From: a virus
Length of the DNA: 58,714 nucleotides
Direction: 5' to 3' (one strand)
Virus record (IMG/VR): IMGVR_UViG_3300045391_004028
Of the stretch, positions 23,847-33,569 are shown piece by piece (the stretch's first letter is position 1; the number at the start of each line of letters is the position of its first letter). The position numbers and the translations under genes were made by a program. Below the pieces are notes generated by a model. The model was not told where the DNA came from. It ran no database searches and saw only the letters and a program-made list of their open reading frames with translations.

Positions 23847-24399
23847 CCCGGTCACCCTTCAGGCCGACCAGCGCGACGTTCGAGCCCGCGCCGCCCAGGT
23901 GCTGGATCATCACCTCGACGTAGTCCGTGTTGTTCGGCAGGTACACGAGCCCGGTGACCTCCAGCTTCGACACCAGCGCGTTGGTGCCGGACCAGTACGA
24001 GCGCCGGGCGACCGCCTGCGTGCCGTTCTTGCGGATCGTGATGACGGCCTTCGTCCACGAGGAGCTGGCCAGGGACCGGGCGAACGCGGTGAACAGCCAG
24101 ACGCCGGTGATGCCCACCGCCATGCTGAACCGGGTCGGCGTCGTGCCGATGTTGATCATTCCGTCCGTGTCCCACAGCTCGCCGTCGAACGTGATCACCG
24201 TGTCCGTGGTCACCGGGATCGACTGGTTGGCGTTACGGAACGCGCAGCCGGTCGGCCGCTTCAGCGCCGCCGTGCGGCTGGCGTCCTCGCCGGTCAGCTT
24301 CGTCGCCAGCGTGTCCGCGAGGTTCTTCGTCGAGACGTCCGAGATCGTCTCGTCCAGGTACGGGTACGGCAGGCCCTGCGAGGCGGTCGATCCGGGCAT
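23836..24399 (-). CDS. Tail fibre/receptor-binding-like protein, LPYP paralog 3 (187 aa)
   Basis: MPGSTASQGLPYPYLDE N-terminus. C-terminal part of ORF-track frame 23836..25005. Confidence 0.6.
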   Translation of the reverse strand: MPGSTASQGLPYPYLDETISDVSTKNLADTLATKLTGEDASRTAALKRPTGCAFRNANQSIPVTTDTVITFDGELWDTDGMINIGTTPTRFSMAVGITGVWLFTAFARSLASSSWTKAVITIRKNGTQAVARRSYWSGTNALVSKLEVTGLVYLPNNTDYVEVMIQHLGGAGSNVALVGLKGDRVTA

Positions 24400-24401
24400 G
24401 G

Positions 24402-24998
24402 TCAGCTCCCCAGGGCCAGGCGCGTAGCACCGACGAACGAGCAGTTGGTGTTGACCGTCAGCGTCGAGCTGGCGTTGTGCCAGATGTACGGCTGGATGAA
24501 CGTCTTGCCGTCCAGGTAGACGACCACGTCCAGGGCCAGGTTCGTGTCCCCGGTGGAGTCCACCTCCTCCATCCGCCACGCCTCCAGGGTGCGCAGGCCG
24601 CCACCGCCGGACGCGGTCGTCTGGGCCCGCACCTCCATCTGCCTCCGGAGGCTCCCCACAGTGCCGCTGGGGACCGTGGAGAGGCAGACGGTGTACAGGT
24701 ACCACCCGGCCAGCGACGGCGGCGGAAAGACGCTCTGAGTGCCCGTGAGGCCGCCCTTGGAGACGACCTGGGTGTCCATCGACACGCCGAAGTAGTCGTT
24801 GGCCGCGATGCCCGTGACGTTCGTCGTCAGGGTCATGATCAGCGTCGGCTTCGCGAGCTGGGCCGCCCACGACACGTCGAGCCCGTCGAGCAGGTAGTCC
24901 GCCCGCTCGGCGAGGAGCTGGAGATCGAGCGCGCCGTTCCCGCGCTCGTTCCCGCTCGACGGGTACGGCAGCCGGTTGTTGCGGGTGTACGAGGTCAC
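24402..24998 (-). CDS. Tail fibre/receptor-binding-like protein, LPYP paralog 2 (198 aa)
   Basis: MTSYTRNNRLPYPSSGNE N-terminus. ORF-track. Confidence 0.6.
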   Translation of the reverse strand: MTSYTRNNRLPYPSSGNERGNGALDLQLLAERADYLLDGLDVSWAAQLAKPTLIMTLTTNVTGIAANDYFGVSMDTQVVSKGGLTGTQSVFPPPSLAGWYLYTVCLSTVPSGTVGSLRRQMEVRAQTTASGGGGLRTLEAWRMEEVDSTGDTNLALDVVVYLDGKTFIQPYIWHNASSTLTVNTNCSFVGATRLALGS

Positions 24999-25594
24999 AG
25001 GTCACGCATCCAGAAGAGGTACAGGCGGGCGTAGTCCACGGAGATGATCGCCGGGCAGGACACGCCCGAGGTCGAGGCCGACATGTACACGGTGCTGTTG
25101 TTGCCCGAGACGCGGATCTCCGACGTGGCGTACACCTCCACCTCGCCGATCACGCCGTCGTGTGCCTGGTTCGTGTCCGTCGAGCCCGTCGCGTTCGTCG
25201 AGCCGATCGCCAGGAACAGCGTCCCGGTGCCCGCCGAGCAGGCCAGGCCGTTGACCACGTGCAGGTAGCCGCCGACCCGCCAATACCCGTTCTGCTTGAT
25301 CGAGATCGACTTCGGATCGGTGGCCAGGTCCGCCATGCCCGCCGTGTCCACAAGTACCGTGTCGAAGACCGTCAGGTCGTCCCCGGCCGCGAAGCCGCTG
25401 GTCGGGTAGTCGCGCGGGATGTTCTGCTCGACGACGACCAGCGGCACGTCCGTGGCCCGCGCCAGGTCCACGTTGTGCGACGAGAACCGGTCCTCGGCGG
25501 CCAGGGCCAGGTTCTTCTGGTGCAGCCACTGGTCCATCACCCGATCGCCGGACGTCGGGTAGGGAAGGTTCTGGGTCGCCGTGGTGCCGGTCAC
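24995..25594 (-). CDS. Tail fibre/receptor-binding-like protein, LPYP paralog 1 (199 aa)
   Basis: MTGTTATQNLPYPTSGDR N-terminus. ORF-track. Confidence 0.6.
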   Translation of the reverse strand: MTGTTATQNLPYPTSGDRVMDQWLHQKNLALAAEDRFSSHNVDLARATDVPLVVVEQNIPRDYPTSGFAAGDDLTVFDTVLVDTAGMADLATDPKSISIKQNGYWRVGGYLHVVNGLACSAGTGTLFLAIGSTNATGSTDTNQAHDGVIGEVEVYATSEIRVSGNNSTVYMSASTSGVSCPAIISVDYARLYLFWMRDL

Positions 25595-25602
25595 CGCGCC
25601 TC

Positions 25603-26352
25603 CTATATCGCCGGGATGAACGAAGTATCCCCGAGGTCTTCCAAGATCAGATAACCCCGGTTACTGGAGTCGATCACGTTGATCGTGCCGCCACCGAAGG
25701 TGGTGAGTGCCAAGTTGATGTTGCGAGGCGCGCCCCCAAAGCGGGCGGCGTCCAAGATGAACTCGGCATCCGTCCAGCGGTTCGAGGACGAGGCGACCGA
25801 TCCGGTCACGATCACGAGCTGATTGAAGACCGTTGGCGTGGTGTTCTCCCAGAAGTCCATCACCAGCGTGGTGGCCGCCGTGGAGCCGGTCCAGAAGAAG
25901 CCGACCTTGCACCGTACATGATGACCGGGCGGATGGTAGTAGTCCAGCACGAACTTGGACAGATCGACGGTCGCCCCGGGGGACCCGGTCGAAGTGGCCA
26001 GCGTGGCGCCGGAGCCGTTGAGGATGAAGCCCGCGAGCGTCGAGCCAGTGAAGGCCGGGCCGGGCCCGGTCAGGTCGGTCTTCGCACGCGTGCCCGAGCC
26101 GATCATCCGGCCCATCACGACCCATGAGTCCTGGGTCTTCATCATGGCCACGCTGTCCCCGATCGTCGGGGAGTAGCTGTCCAGGTGCGAGGCGAACACC
26201 GTGCCGGTGGCCAGGTCCACGCCGATGCCCTGCGAGGTGACCGAGGAGACGGTGCCGACCCGCAGATCGGATGGGTTCTCCGTCTTGCCCTGAGTCTTGC
26301 TGGTCAGGTTGGCGGCCCCCGGGGGCGCGCCGACCAGCAGCGGTTCAGGCAT
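25603..26352 (-). CDS. Minor tail protein (249 aa)
   Basis: ATG at 26352, with an 8-nt overlap with the upstream gene. C-terminal part of ORF-track frame 25603..26808. Confidence 0.6.
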   Translation of the reverse strand: MPEPLLVGAPPGAANLTSKTQGKTENPSDLRVGTVSSVTSQGIGVDLATGTVFASHLDSYSPTIGDSVAMMKTQDSWVVMGRMIGSGTRAKTDLTGPGPAFTGSTLAGFILNGSGATLATSTGSPGATVDLSKFVLDYYHPPGHHVRCKVGFFWTGSTAATTLVMDFWENTTPTVFNQLVIVTGSVASSSNRWTDAEFILDAARFGGAPRNINLALTTFGGGTINVIDSSNRGYLILEDLGDTSFIPAI

Positions 26353-27514
26353 CCACGTCCTCACTCTCGCCGGTGACGAGCCCGCGCCCGTCGATCGACA
26401 TCGTGCTTCCCGGGTCCAGCGGCAGGTTGTACCCGGCCACGACCTGGGTGACGATCCGCCCTCGGTAGTGCACCTCCAGCGGGTCGCCCAGCTCGATCGA
26501 CGCGTCCGCGATCGCCTCCAGCGTCCACGACTCCGAGAGGGCCTTGGACTGTCGCAGGATCGTGCGCGCCGCCGAGTAGACGGCGCTCTGGGTGGCCGCC
26601 TGGGTGACGCGCACCTGAAGGGTCTTCTTGCCGAACGGCCCGTTGGCGAACGTCGGGCTGGTCGGGTCCAGGTCGGAGACGGAGGCCGAGAACGCGTCCC
26701 CGCCGTCCGTGTTGTCGGAGCTGGCGACCACGTTCGAGTAGACGCCCTGCCGGGTCCGGTCCGGGTAGCCACTGACGAGGTTCCCGTCGTACTGGGTCCC
26801 CTGGTCACCGCTGGCCAGCACCACCGGCTGAGTGGTGAACGACACCGTCCACGGCACCCAGCGCATCACGAAGTCGCCGTTGGCCAGCGTGTACCAGTAG
26901 GCACCCGCGATCTTGGCCAGGCCGTCGAGCGCCGCCCCCCGGTCGTAGTCGTACGACAGCTCCGGCACCGTCTCCGTGATCGCGTCGAACCGGCCGAATG
27001 TCGCCGACGGGTAGGCCAGCGTCACCAGCCGCTCGAACTCGGCCGTGATCGTCGAGCCCACCGACGCCCGGCCGGGCGCGTCGAAGTGGGCGCCGACGAC
27101 CTCGTACGCCAGGTCGGAGGCGGACAGCGTCGCCGTGCCGTTGCCGCCCGGCTTCACCCGCTCGATCGGGCCCGCGAACACCTGAAACTCGTCCACCTCG
27201 CCGGAGCCGTACCGGACCCCCCGGAAGATCTTGAGCTGGTTGCCGTACGGGTTGAGCAGGTCGTCCGGATCGACTGGGTACAGCCAGTCGGGCACCACGA
27301 GCGACGCCGTGCGGGCCACCCGGCTTTGCAGCGTCGCCCGGATCGAGCCGGTGAAGAACACCGGCGCCCGGCGGTTGATCGCGTCCGGGTACAGGTCGTA
27401 GCGGATCAGCTCCTCGACCGGCACGCCCGCGCGCCACACCTCCACCCGGCTGTAGGCGGCGTGCGGCGCCATCAGCGCGCGCCGGTAGCTGGGGTTCATC
27501 GCGGCGAGCGTCAT
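26345..27514 (-). CDS. Minor tail protein (baseplate hub-like, 389 aa)
   Basis: Position after the Dit-like gene. ORF-track with a non-shadow sequence. Confidence 0.6.
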   Translation of the reverse strand: MTLAAMNPSYRRALMAPHAAYSRVEVWRAGVPVEELIRYDLYPDAINRRAPVFFTGSIRATLQSRVARTASLVVPDWLYPVDPDDLLNPYGNQLKIFRGVRYGSGEVDEFQVFAGPIERVKPGGNGTATLSASDLAYEVVGAHFDAPGRASVGSTITAEFERLVTLAYPSATFGRFDAITETVPELSYDYDRGAALDGLAKIAGAYWYTLANGDFVMRWVPWTVSFTTQPVVLASGDQGTQYDGNLVSGYPDRTRQGVYSNVVASSDNTDGGDAFSASVSDLDPTSPTFANGPFGKKTLQVRVTQAATQSAVYSAARTILRQSKALSESWTLEAIADASIELGDPLEVHYRGRIVTQVVAGYNLPLDPGSTMSIDGRGLVTGESEDVDA

Positions 27515-28806
27515 CCGGTCAGGCCCCCCTGGAGAAGCTGCTGCCAGGTGACGGCGGCGGCCGACGCCTGCGCGTACGTGCCGTACTTCGTCTCATCCAC
27601 GTAGCGGGCGCCGAGCACGCCTTCCGCCGGGCCGTACGGCGCCAGCACCTCCACGTAGTCCGCCGAATGCGCCCGCCAGGTGAGCGTCATGTCCCCGGAC
27701 AGCCGCCCCGAGGCCAACGACCCGTACAGCCCGTAGCGCTCCGGGATGCCGTACTTCGACGGCACCTGGAGCAGCAGTGGCGCGCCGGACAGGAACACCG
27801 TCTCCAGGGCGTCCCGGTCGGCGATGGTGGCCGTGGCGAAGCGGTTCGAGCTGCGCACCGCCTTGCGCCTGGCCCAGATGCCGACGCCGTGCGAGCGGTC
27901 CGGCACCTCCTGGAGCGTGTTGTCCTCCGGCCGGGTCCGGTCGCCCTCGCCGAGCCAGACGCACAGCGACGGGTTGACGCACTTGACCGTGTTGGCCAGG
28001 TCGATGCGCATGAACAGGTTCGCCCACGGGTGCAGCGGATCCTTCAGCCAGCCCTGACCGTTCGACTGCACCTGCACCGGGGCGGCCGTGTCGACGGTGG
28101 AGGCCGCCGTGCTCGCGTACACCTCGTCGGCGTACAGGGCCAGGGTGCTCGGTGGCGAGCCCGCGAACAGCACCACCAGGCGCGCCTTGGCGGCCGTCGC
28201 CGGGGCGGTTCCGGTCGTCGAGTAGGTGCCCCACGTTCCGGCGCCGGGCCACAGGTCGGCGGCCGTGCCGGACGTCGACAGGAACACCGAGCCGGAGGTG
28301 TACCAGTTGATGCCGACGCCGATGCCGCCCGCCCAGGCGCTGGGCACCATCAGCCGGGCTGTGGCCGTGTACGAGGTGCCCACGGTGACCGGGAACTCCT
28401 CGGAGGCCGCCACGTACTGCGGGCCGGTGCCGCCGGTGGTGGTGAGCTTCAGCGACGCGTTGCCGGTGCCGGGCGCGTAGTAGTCCGTCGACTGGGCCAC
28501 GGTGCCGTTGGTGACGGTGTTGCCCGCGCCGGAGATCCACTCCTCGACGTTCAGCTCGAAGGAGCCGTTGCGGTTCAGGTAGACCTGGGTCCGGTAGGTG
28601 ACCGGGGTGTCCAGCGGGCACTCCGTGTCGTAGACGACCGCCTTCGAGTGCGACAGCAGGCAGGGGCCGCCGTCGCGCAGCAGTGTCGCCGTGCCGTTCT
28701 GCACCCGATACACCAGGCAGGACGGGGCGTTCGGCACGTCCGACCAGTCGATGTCGAGCCGGACCGCGCCGATCGCCGGAACCACGGTGGAGGTGATCGA
28801 GCCCAT
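27511..28806 (-). CDS. Distal-tail-protein-like minor tail protein with carbohydrate-binding-like insertion
   Basis: First gene after the tape measure. The central NGSFE...W...beta-rich segment looks like a CBM-type insertion. Confidence 0.55.
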   Translation of the reverse strand: MGSITSTVVPAIGAVRLDIDWSDVPNAPSCLVYRVQNGTATLLRDGGPCLLSHSKAVVYDTECPLDTPVTYRTQVYLNRNGSFELNVEEWISGAGNTVTNGTVAQSTDYYAPGTGNASLKLTTTGGTGPQYVAASEEFPVTVGTSYTATARLMVPSAWAGGIGVGINWYTSGSVFLSTSGTAADLWPGAGTWGTYSTTGTAPATAAKARLVVLFAGSPPSTLALYADEVYASTAASTVDTAAPVQVQSNGQGWLKDPLHPWANLFMRIDLANTVKCVNPSLCVWLGEGDRTRPEDNTLQEVPDRSHGVGIWARRKAVRSSNRFATATIADRDALETVFLSGAPLLLQVPSKYGIPERYGLYGSLASGRLSGDMTLTWRAHSADYVEVLAPYGPAEGVLGARYVDETKYGTYAQASAAAVTWQQLLQGGLTG

Positions 28807-28813
28807 CTCTCTC

Positions 28814-31117
28814 CTAGCTGCGCGGGCCGTAGGCCAGCTCGGTGCCCTGGGTCTCCAGAGCGTCGTTGACGACCAGGCGGGTAACCTGCATCACTCCGTA
28901 GCCGTCCAGGTACGCCGTCAGGTTGACGGTCGTGCCGCCGCCCGGCTTGGCGAGCATGTCGGTCAGGCCGGACTGGTCGGCCAGCTCCTGGGCCCGGCGC
29001 GGGTTGGTCAGCGGGACCACGACCTCGCGCTTGCCCTTCTCGCCGAGCAGCGCCACGGTGGGGCTGTCAACGATGCCGCCCTTCTCGAAGTGCGGCAGGC
29101 GCGGCAGGCTGATCGGGATCTTGTCGTCGATGTCGGCGATGCCCCGGTTGATGCCGTCCACGATCCGGTTGATGCCGCTCTTGATCGTACTGACGATCTT
29201 GTTACCGATGTCGCTGGCGAAGTTGCCGATCTCGCTCAGGCCGTCGCCGATCTTGTGGCCGAGGCCACGCGCGGCGTCGAGCAGCGCCGGGCCGATCGCC
29301 CGGATCTTGTCGGGGATGCTCTTGAAGAAGTTCTCGATCGAGTCGATGCCGGACAGCACGAAGCTCTTCGCGGCCTCGAACGCCGAGGAGAACCAGCCGC
29401 CCACGATGTCCACCAGGCTGGACAGCGCCGAGCTGAGGCGGCCGGGCAGCGACTCGAAGAAGCCGACGACCGCGTCCCAGGCCTGGCCGATGAAGTACGG
29501 CAAGCCCAGGATGACGCCGATCACCTGCCCGATGGCCTCGAAGATCCGATCCGGCAGCGAGGTGAAGAAGCCGACGACGGACTCGAAGATTCCCGGCAGC
29601 GTTTCGGTGAAGAAGCCACCGATCGAATCGATCAGGCCGGAGAAGAACTCGCCGATCGAGTCCACCGCGCCGCTGATGCCGTTGCCGACACCGGAGAAGA
29701 AGTCGCCGATCGAGTGCCAGGCGTTCAGAACCCACTCGACGACGTCGTTGGCCGCCTGGATGAGCCCGGCGAACGCGTGGACGGCGAGGATGATCCCTTC
29801 GCCGAGGAACTTCACGGCCTGCACCATGGCCGCGATGAACTTCTTGCCGTCGTCGCTCTTGAAGAACGTCGTCAGGTCTTCGATCGCGGTCTGGATGTCC
29901 TTGAGGAAGCCCTGCGAGCCCTCCTTGACGTTCTGGCCACCGAAGATCGAGCCGATGAGGGGGCCGATGGCCTTCACCGTGTCGATGAGCTGGCCGCCGA
30001 TGTCGATCGCGTTCTGGAGGAACGTGTCGAACTTGCCGTTCTCGACGATCTTGGACAGCCAGTCGGAGAACGACTGGATGCCGCCGCCGAGTCCGGCGAA
30101 GATCTTCTCGACGAACGGCAGGCCGTGCTCCATGACCCCGAACAGGGTCCCGAACAGGTTCAGGATGCTCGGCGCGATCCCGTCGATGATCCGGGCGGTG
30201 CTCGCGAACAGGTTCTTGAAGACCACCAGGATGTCGTTGGCGTGCAGCAGGTCGGCGAAGCCCGCGAAGAACCGGCCGAACGCCCCAGCCACCCCGGACA
30301 GGCCGGTCTTGAGTACCGGCAGGAGATCCTTCAGCAGCGGCCGGATCTCGCCGACGAGCGGGGCGAAGAGCGACTGCTGGACCGTTTTGCGCAGCGCGCT
30401 GAACTGGTCCTTGAAGCCGACGAACTCCTTGACCACCGACCGGGCCGAGGGCGCCAGGTTCTTCAGCGCCTGGTTGAACTTCTCGGTGTCCCCGCTCAGG
30501 CCAGCGCTGACCGCGTCACCGAAGCCCTGGAAGCCGATGACTAGAGCACCGATCGCGGACCCGGCGACACCGGCGGCGGCCGGAAGCGCGAGCAGGATGC
30601 CGGACAGGTGTACGAGCGCACCCGCGAGGCCGAAGACGGCGGGCACGGCCGCCGCAATCAGGCCGACCTTCAGGCCGGAGGTGATGTCCCCGCCGCCGCC
30701 GAAGATGCCGGACAGCGCGCCGCCCGCCTGGCCCAGGCCGCTCTGGATGGACTGGATGCCGTTGCCGATGGCGCTCTGGACGGAGCTGAAGATGCCGCGC
30801 ACGCCCTCGGCCGCGACGTCCCGGTCTCCACCTGAACGCGAGAACAGCCTCCGGATCGAGCCGAACAGCCCGGTGCCCAGCGACTTGCCCGCGTCCTCGC
30901 CGACCTTCTTGAAGTCGCCCTTGGCCCGCTTCGAGAAGCTGTCGCTGGCCTTGTGGGCGGCCGACTCCCCGGCCTTGGCCGCCTTGTCGTCCAGGCCGGA
31001 CATGTCGACGCCGGAGACGCCCTCCTTGAACGCCGCGTTGAGCTGGCGCTTCAGCTCGGCAGGGAACTTCGAGAGGTCGGCACGGACCTCGATGTACGCC
31101 TTACCGAGCTGGGGCAT
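28814..31117 (-). CDS. Tape measure protein
   Basis: 767 aa, Gly/Ala/Ile/Phe-rich repetitive helical sequence, flanked by chaperone-like and distal tail genes. Confidence 0.85.
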   Translation of the reverse strand: MPQLGKAYIEVRADLSKFPAELKRQLNAAFKEGVSGVDMSGLDDKAAKAGESAAHKASDSFSKRAKGDFKKVGEDAGKSLGTGLFGSIRRLFSRSGGDRDVAAEGVRGIFSSVQSAIGNGIQSIQSGLGQAGGALSGIFGGGGDITSGLKVGLIAAAVPAVFGLAGALVHLSGILLALPAAAGVAGSAIGALVIGFQGFGDAVSAGLSGDTEKFNQALKNLAPSARSVVKEFVGFKDQFSALRKTVQQSLFAPLVGEIRPLLKDLLPVLKTGLSGVAGAFGRFFAGFADLLHANDILVVFKNLFASTARIIDGIAPSILNLFGTLFGVMEHGLPFVEKIFAGLGGGIQSFSDWLSKIVENGKFDTFLQNAIDIGGQLIDTVKAIGPLIGSIFGGQNVKEGSQGFLKDIQTAIEDLTTFFKSDDGKKFIAAMVQAVKFLGEGIILAVHAFAGLIQAANDVVEWVLNAWHSIGDFFSGVGNGISGAVDSIGEFFSGLIDSIGGFFTETLPGIFESVVGFFTSLPDRIFEAIGQVIGVILGLPYFIGQAWDAVVGFFESLPGRLSSALSSLVDIVGGWFSSAFEAAKSFVLSGIDSIENFFKSIPDKIRAIGPALLDAARGLGHKIGDGLSEIGNFASDIGNKIVSTIKSGINRIVDGINRGIADIDDKIPISLPRLPHFEKGGIVDSPTVALLGEKGKREVVVPLTNPRRAQELADQSGLTDMLAKPGGGTTVNLTAYLDGYGVMQVTRLVVNDALETQGTELAYGPRS

Positions 31118-31152
31118 GGCAGTAGCGTACCGAGCCGGGGGCCACGAGTGGA

Positions 31153-31719
31153 TCAGCCAGGCGTGGCGCCGCCCTGGAGGTTCTGGAACGCGCCCATCGC
31201 AGACAGGAAGTCGGCGCCGGAGTCGACCTCGGCGAAGACCTCCTCGGGCGGCACGTCAGCGGGCGGCCGGTCCAACTGGAAGTCGAACTGGGTCGCCTCC
31301 TTGTCGTCCTTGCAGTTGGACCGGCCGATGAAGTAGATCGTGTTCCAGAACGCGCCGATGGAGATCACGTCCAGGTCAACGCCACGCTCGGTCAGCCGCC
31401 CGTGCAGCACCGGCCACGAGTCGGCGGCCGTGGCCGCCATGATCAGACGGGCCGCCTTCCACCACGGCTGGCCCACGGCCGCCCCCAGCGCGTCACGCCA
31501 GGCCTGAGTCAGCTCCTCCTGGCTGACGTGGCCGCGCAGGAACTCCCGCCAGACGTCGTCCTGGTCCTCCGGATCGAGCAGGCCAGGCACGATCGCGCCG
31601 CCGTCCTCCTGGAGCACGGCCTCGATCCATTCGGATGCGGGCAGCTCGGGGATGGTGTAGATCCACTCCCCGAGCTGCACTTCGATCGCGCACGGCCGCA
31701 GTGAGGCGACCGCGTCCAT
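31153..31719 (-). CDS. Tail assembly chaperone-like protein (188 aa)
   Basis: VQLGEWIYTIPELPASEWIEAV and GQPWWKAARLI segments recalled from actinophage chaperones. Lies directly upstream of the tape measure. Confidence 0.5.
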   Translation of the reverse strand: MDAVASLRPCAIEVQLGEWIYTIPELPASEWIEAVLQEDGGAIVPGLLDPEDQDDVWREFLRGHVSQEELTQAWRDALGAAVGQPWWKAARLIMAATAADSWPVLHGRLTERGVDLDVISIGAFWNTIYFIGRSNCKDDKEATQFDFQLDRPPADVPPEEVFAEVDSGADFLSAMGAFQNLQGGATPG

Positions 31720-31931
31720 CAGCCCTCGCGGAGGTACTGCTCGATCTGGCGAGCCTCTTCAAGGATGACCGCGATCTTCTCGTACCCCGGGTGGTTCGAC
31801 AGGGCGTACTCGATCGAGGCCAGCCGGAACGGGTCAGGCCGCAGCCTGCGATCGACCTCGGCCTTCACGCTGGCCAGCTCATCCAGGAAGCCTGCCGCCT
31901 CCGGCTTGACGGGGATGTCTGCCGACGCCAT
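31719..31931 (-). CDS. Small protein (70 aa), possible T-frame segment of the chaperone pair
   Basis: ATG overlaps the upstream stop (TGATG). The frame is -1 relative to 31931..32329. Confidence 0.45.
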   Translation of the reverse strand: MASADIPVKPEAAGFLDELASVKAEVDRRLRPDPFRLASIEYALSNHPGYEKIAVILEEARQIEQYLREG

Positions 31932-32329
31932 CAGGCCCTCCCGGACGCGCGCTTGGCGATGGCCTTCTTCGCCGGGGCCCGCCGCTGACCGGCCGCCCGC
32001 CGGGTCTCGCGGTTGCCGACCTGCTCGGGTGCCCAGTGCAGGATCATCTCCTGAGCGAGGCCGAAGTAGTCGGGCAGGTCGAAGATGCCGCGCGCTAGGC
32101 CGCCCTGGATGTACTGGCGGTCGGCGTCCTGCACGATGCAGGTGCGCAGCACGGTGCCGAAGTTGTTGCACGCCTCGATCTGGAGCTGGACATCGGTCTC
32201 GTTCTGGATGTCCAGGAGCTGGAGGATCACGAAGAGCTGGCCGGAGGTCGGCTGTCGCAGCACCACGGTTCGCTCACCGAACGCGAAGCTGGCAGTGTCG
32301 CGCCCGTCATCTGGGGTTTGGGTCGCCAT
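31931..32329 (-). CDS. Tail assembly chaperone-like protein (132 aa)
   Basis: ASFAFGERTVVLRQPTSGQLFVILQLLD pattern and a basic C-terminal tail. Confidence 0.5.
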   Translation of the reverse strand: MATQTPDDGRDTASFAFGERTVVLRQPTSGQLFVILQLLDIQNETDVQLQIEACNNFGTVLRTCIVQDADRQYIQGGLARGIFDLPDYFGLAQEMILHWAPEQVGNRETRRAAGQRRAPAKKAIAKRASGRA

Positions 32330-32344
32330 GTACGCCAGCGTACG

Positions 32345-32851
32345 TCACAGCTCAGCCCGGCCGAGCGGAACGACCTTGAACCCGCGCGCGGTGCCGACCT
32401 CCTCCAGAGCCCGCATCAGGAACGGGCGGGCCTTCGTGCCTGGATGCCGGACGAAGCCCTTGCCGATGAAGAACCGCGTGCCCTTCTTCGACTTGCGCAC
32501 GCCGGTCGCCGTCTTCTTGCGGGGCACGAATGTGACCATGCCGACCTTCGGCCAGAAGAACGCGAGGGCCTTGGTCCGGCGCGCCTTGATCGTGTGCGGC
32601 GCCGAGCCGTCGTGGACCGGCATGAAGTAGTCCACCCGCGACTCCACCCGGCCGGTGATCGCCGTGCGCCGGGCCTTGACCGTCATCTGCATCGAGTTGG
32701 CCAGGTTGCCCGTCTTCTTCGGGGCGAGCACGGTGGCGCGGTTGAGTACCGCGCGGGTCGTCTCGGCGACGTACGGCGCGGTGAGGGCGCCGACCTCGCC
32801 CAGCATGTTCGGGTCGGCAACGAACCGAACCCTGCTCGCCTTCAGGGGCAC
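32345..32851 (-). CDS. HK97 gp10-like head-tail joining/tail completion protein
   Basis: APKKTGNLANSM...VDYFMPVHDGS...HPGTKARPFLMRAL matches the HK97_gp10 family pattern. Confidence 0.65.
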   Translation of the reverse strand: MPLKASRVRFVADPNMLGEVGALTAPYVAETTRAVLNRATVLAPKKTGNLANSMQMTVKARRTAITGRVESRVDYFMPVHDGSAPHTIKARRTKALAFFWPKVGMVTFVPRKKTATGVRKSKKGTRFFIGKGFVRHPGTKARPFLMRALEEVGTARGFKVVPLGRAEL

Positions 32852-32855
32852 GGGG

Positions 32856-33041
32856 TCAGTCTCGCAGCACCACGGGGATCAGCAGGTGACCGTCCGCGTC
32901 GGTGCGGGCCAGGCGCTGGGGCGAGGACTCGACGAGCCGGATGAAGTAGCCGGTGCCGAGCCAGCCGTTGCCGTCCTCGAACAGCACGACCTGGTGCGAG
33001 CGGTACGGCCCGATGTCCGTGATGGCGTAGAAGGCGCCCAT
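32856..33041 (-). CDS. Hypothetical small structural-module protein (61 aa)
   Basis: ORF-track. Confidence 0.55.
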   Translation of the reverse strand: MGAFYAITDIGPYRSHQVVLFEDGNGWLGTGYFIRLVESSPQRLARTDADGHLLIPVVLRD

Positions 33042-33050
33042 GATCCTCTC

Positions 33051-33569
33051 CTAGCAGTCGCAGGCGGGCAGACGAACGGTCACGAGCACCGTGATACCCG
33101 AGCAGTTGCCCTCGCTTTCCAGCGGGGCGTACGAGCCGGGGATGACCGCGTCCACCCCGTATACGTTGCGCAGGCAGCAGACCGCCGTGCGCAGGGCCCA
33201 GCGGTCGTCCTCGGTGGCCTGGGCCGCCGCGCGCCACTGCACCTCGTCGAGGATCGAGCCGCCGCCGTCGGGGCCCTGGGTCGGCAAGCACCGCACGATG
33301 CCCAGCTCGACCTGGAGCGCGTAGTAGGCGGGCTGGTCAACTCCAGCGTCGGACCGCTGCGTCGGGAACGCATCGGTCTCGTACAGCAGGCCGCCGCGCA
33401 CCCAGGCGACGCCCTCGCAGCACTCGTCGGTGTGGTCGTCGGCGGAGGCCGAGAACGTGGCGCCGGGCCGGATGTGGAAGCGGGCGGGCGGCGTCGGCAC
33501 CTGCAACGCGCTCGACTTCAGGCAGTTGTACGCCTGGACGAGCACCGGCATCACGGACTGGTCGGTCAC
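33051..33569 (-). CDS. Head-tail connector candidate (172 aa, Cys-rich)
   Basis: ORF-track. Position between the adaptor-like and gp10-like genes. Confidence 0.45.
   Translation of the reverse strand: MTDQSVMPVLVQAYNCLKSSALQVPTPPARFHIRPGATFSASADDHTDECCEGVAWVRGGLLYETDAFPTQRSDAGVDQPAYYALQVELGIVRCLPTQGPDGGGSILDEVQWRAAAQATEDDRWALRTAVCCLRNVYGVDAVIPGSYAPLESEGNCSGITVLVTVRLPACDC

Noticed and set aside
28691-31331. Long plus-strand ORFs (617 aa and 802 aa) antisense to the tape measure gene. Similar antisense giants occur at 10236..11567, 16741..18168, 34912..36150, 37008..39392, 46575..48902, 49122..51305 and 55475..56557.
   Set aside because: These are typical high-G+C shadow ORFs. They have Arg/Ala/Gly/Pro-dominated low-complexity translations and no RBS. 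In each case they lie opposite an ORF with recognisable motifs and G/C-saturated third positions.
31931-32171. Canonical -1 programmed frameshift (G/GT) between the two chaperone-like ORFs.
   Set aside because: The downstream frame is -1 and open upstream. I found no X XXY YYZ slippery heptamer in frame in the last 80 codons. Open off-frames are expected by chance at this G+C, so this is left as unproven.
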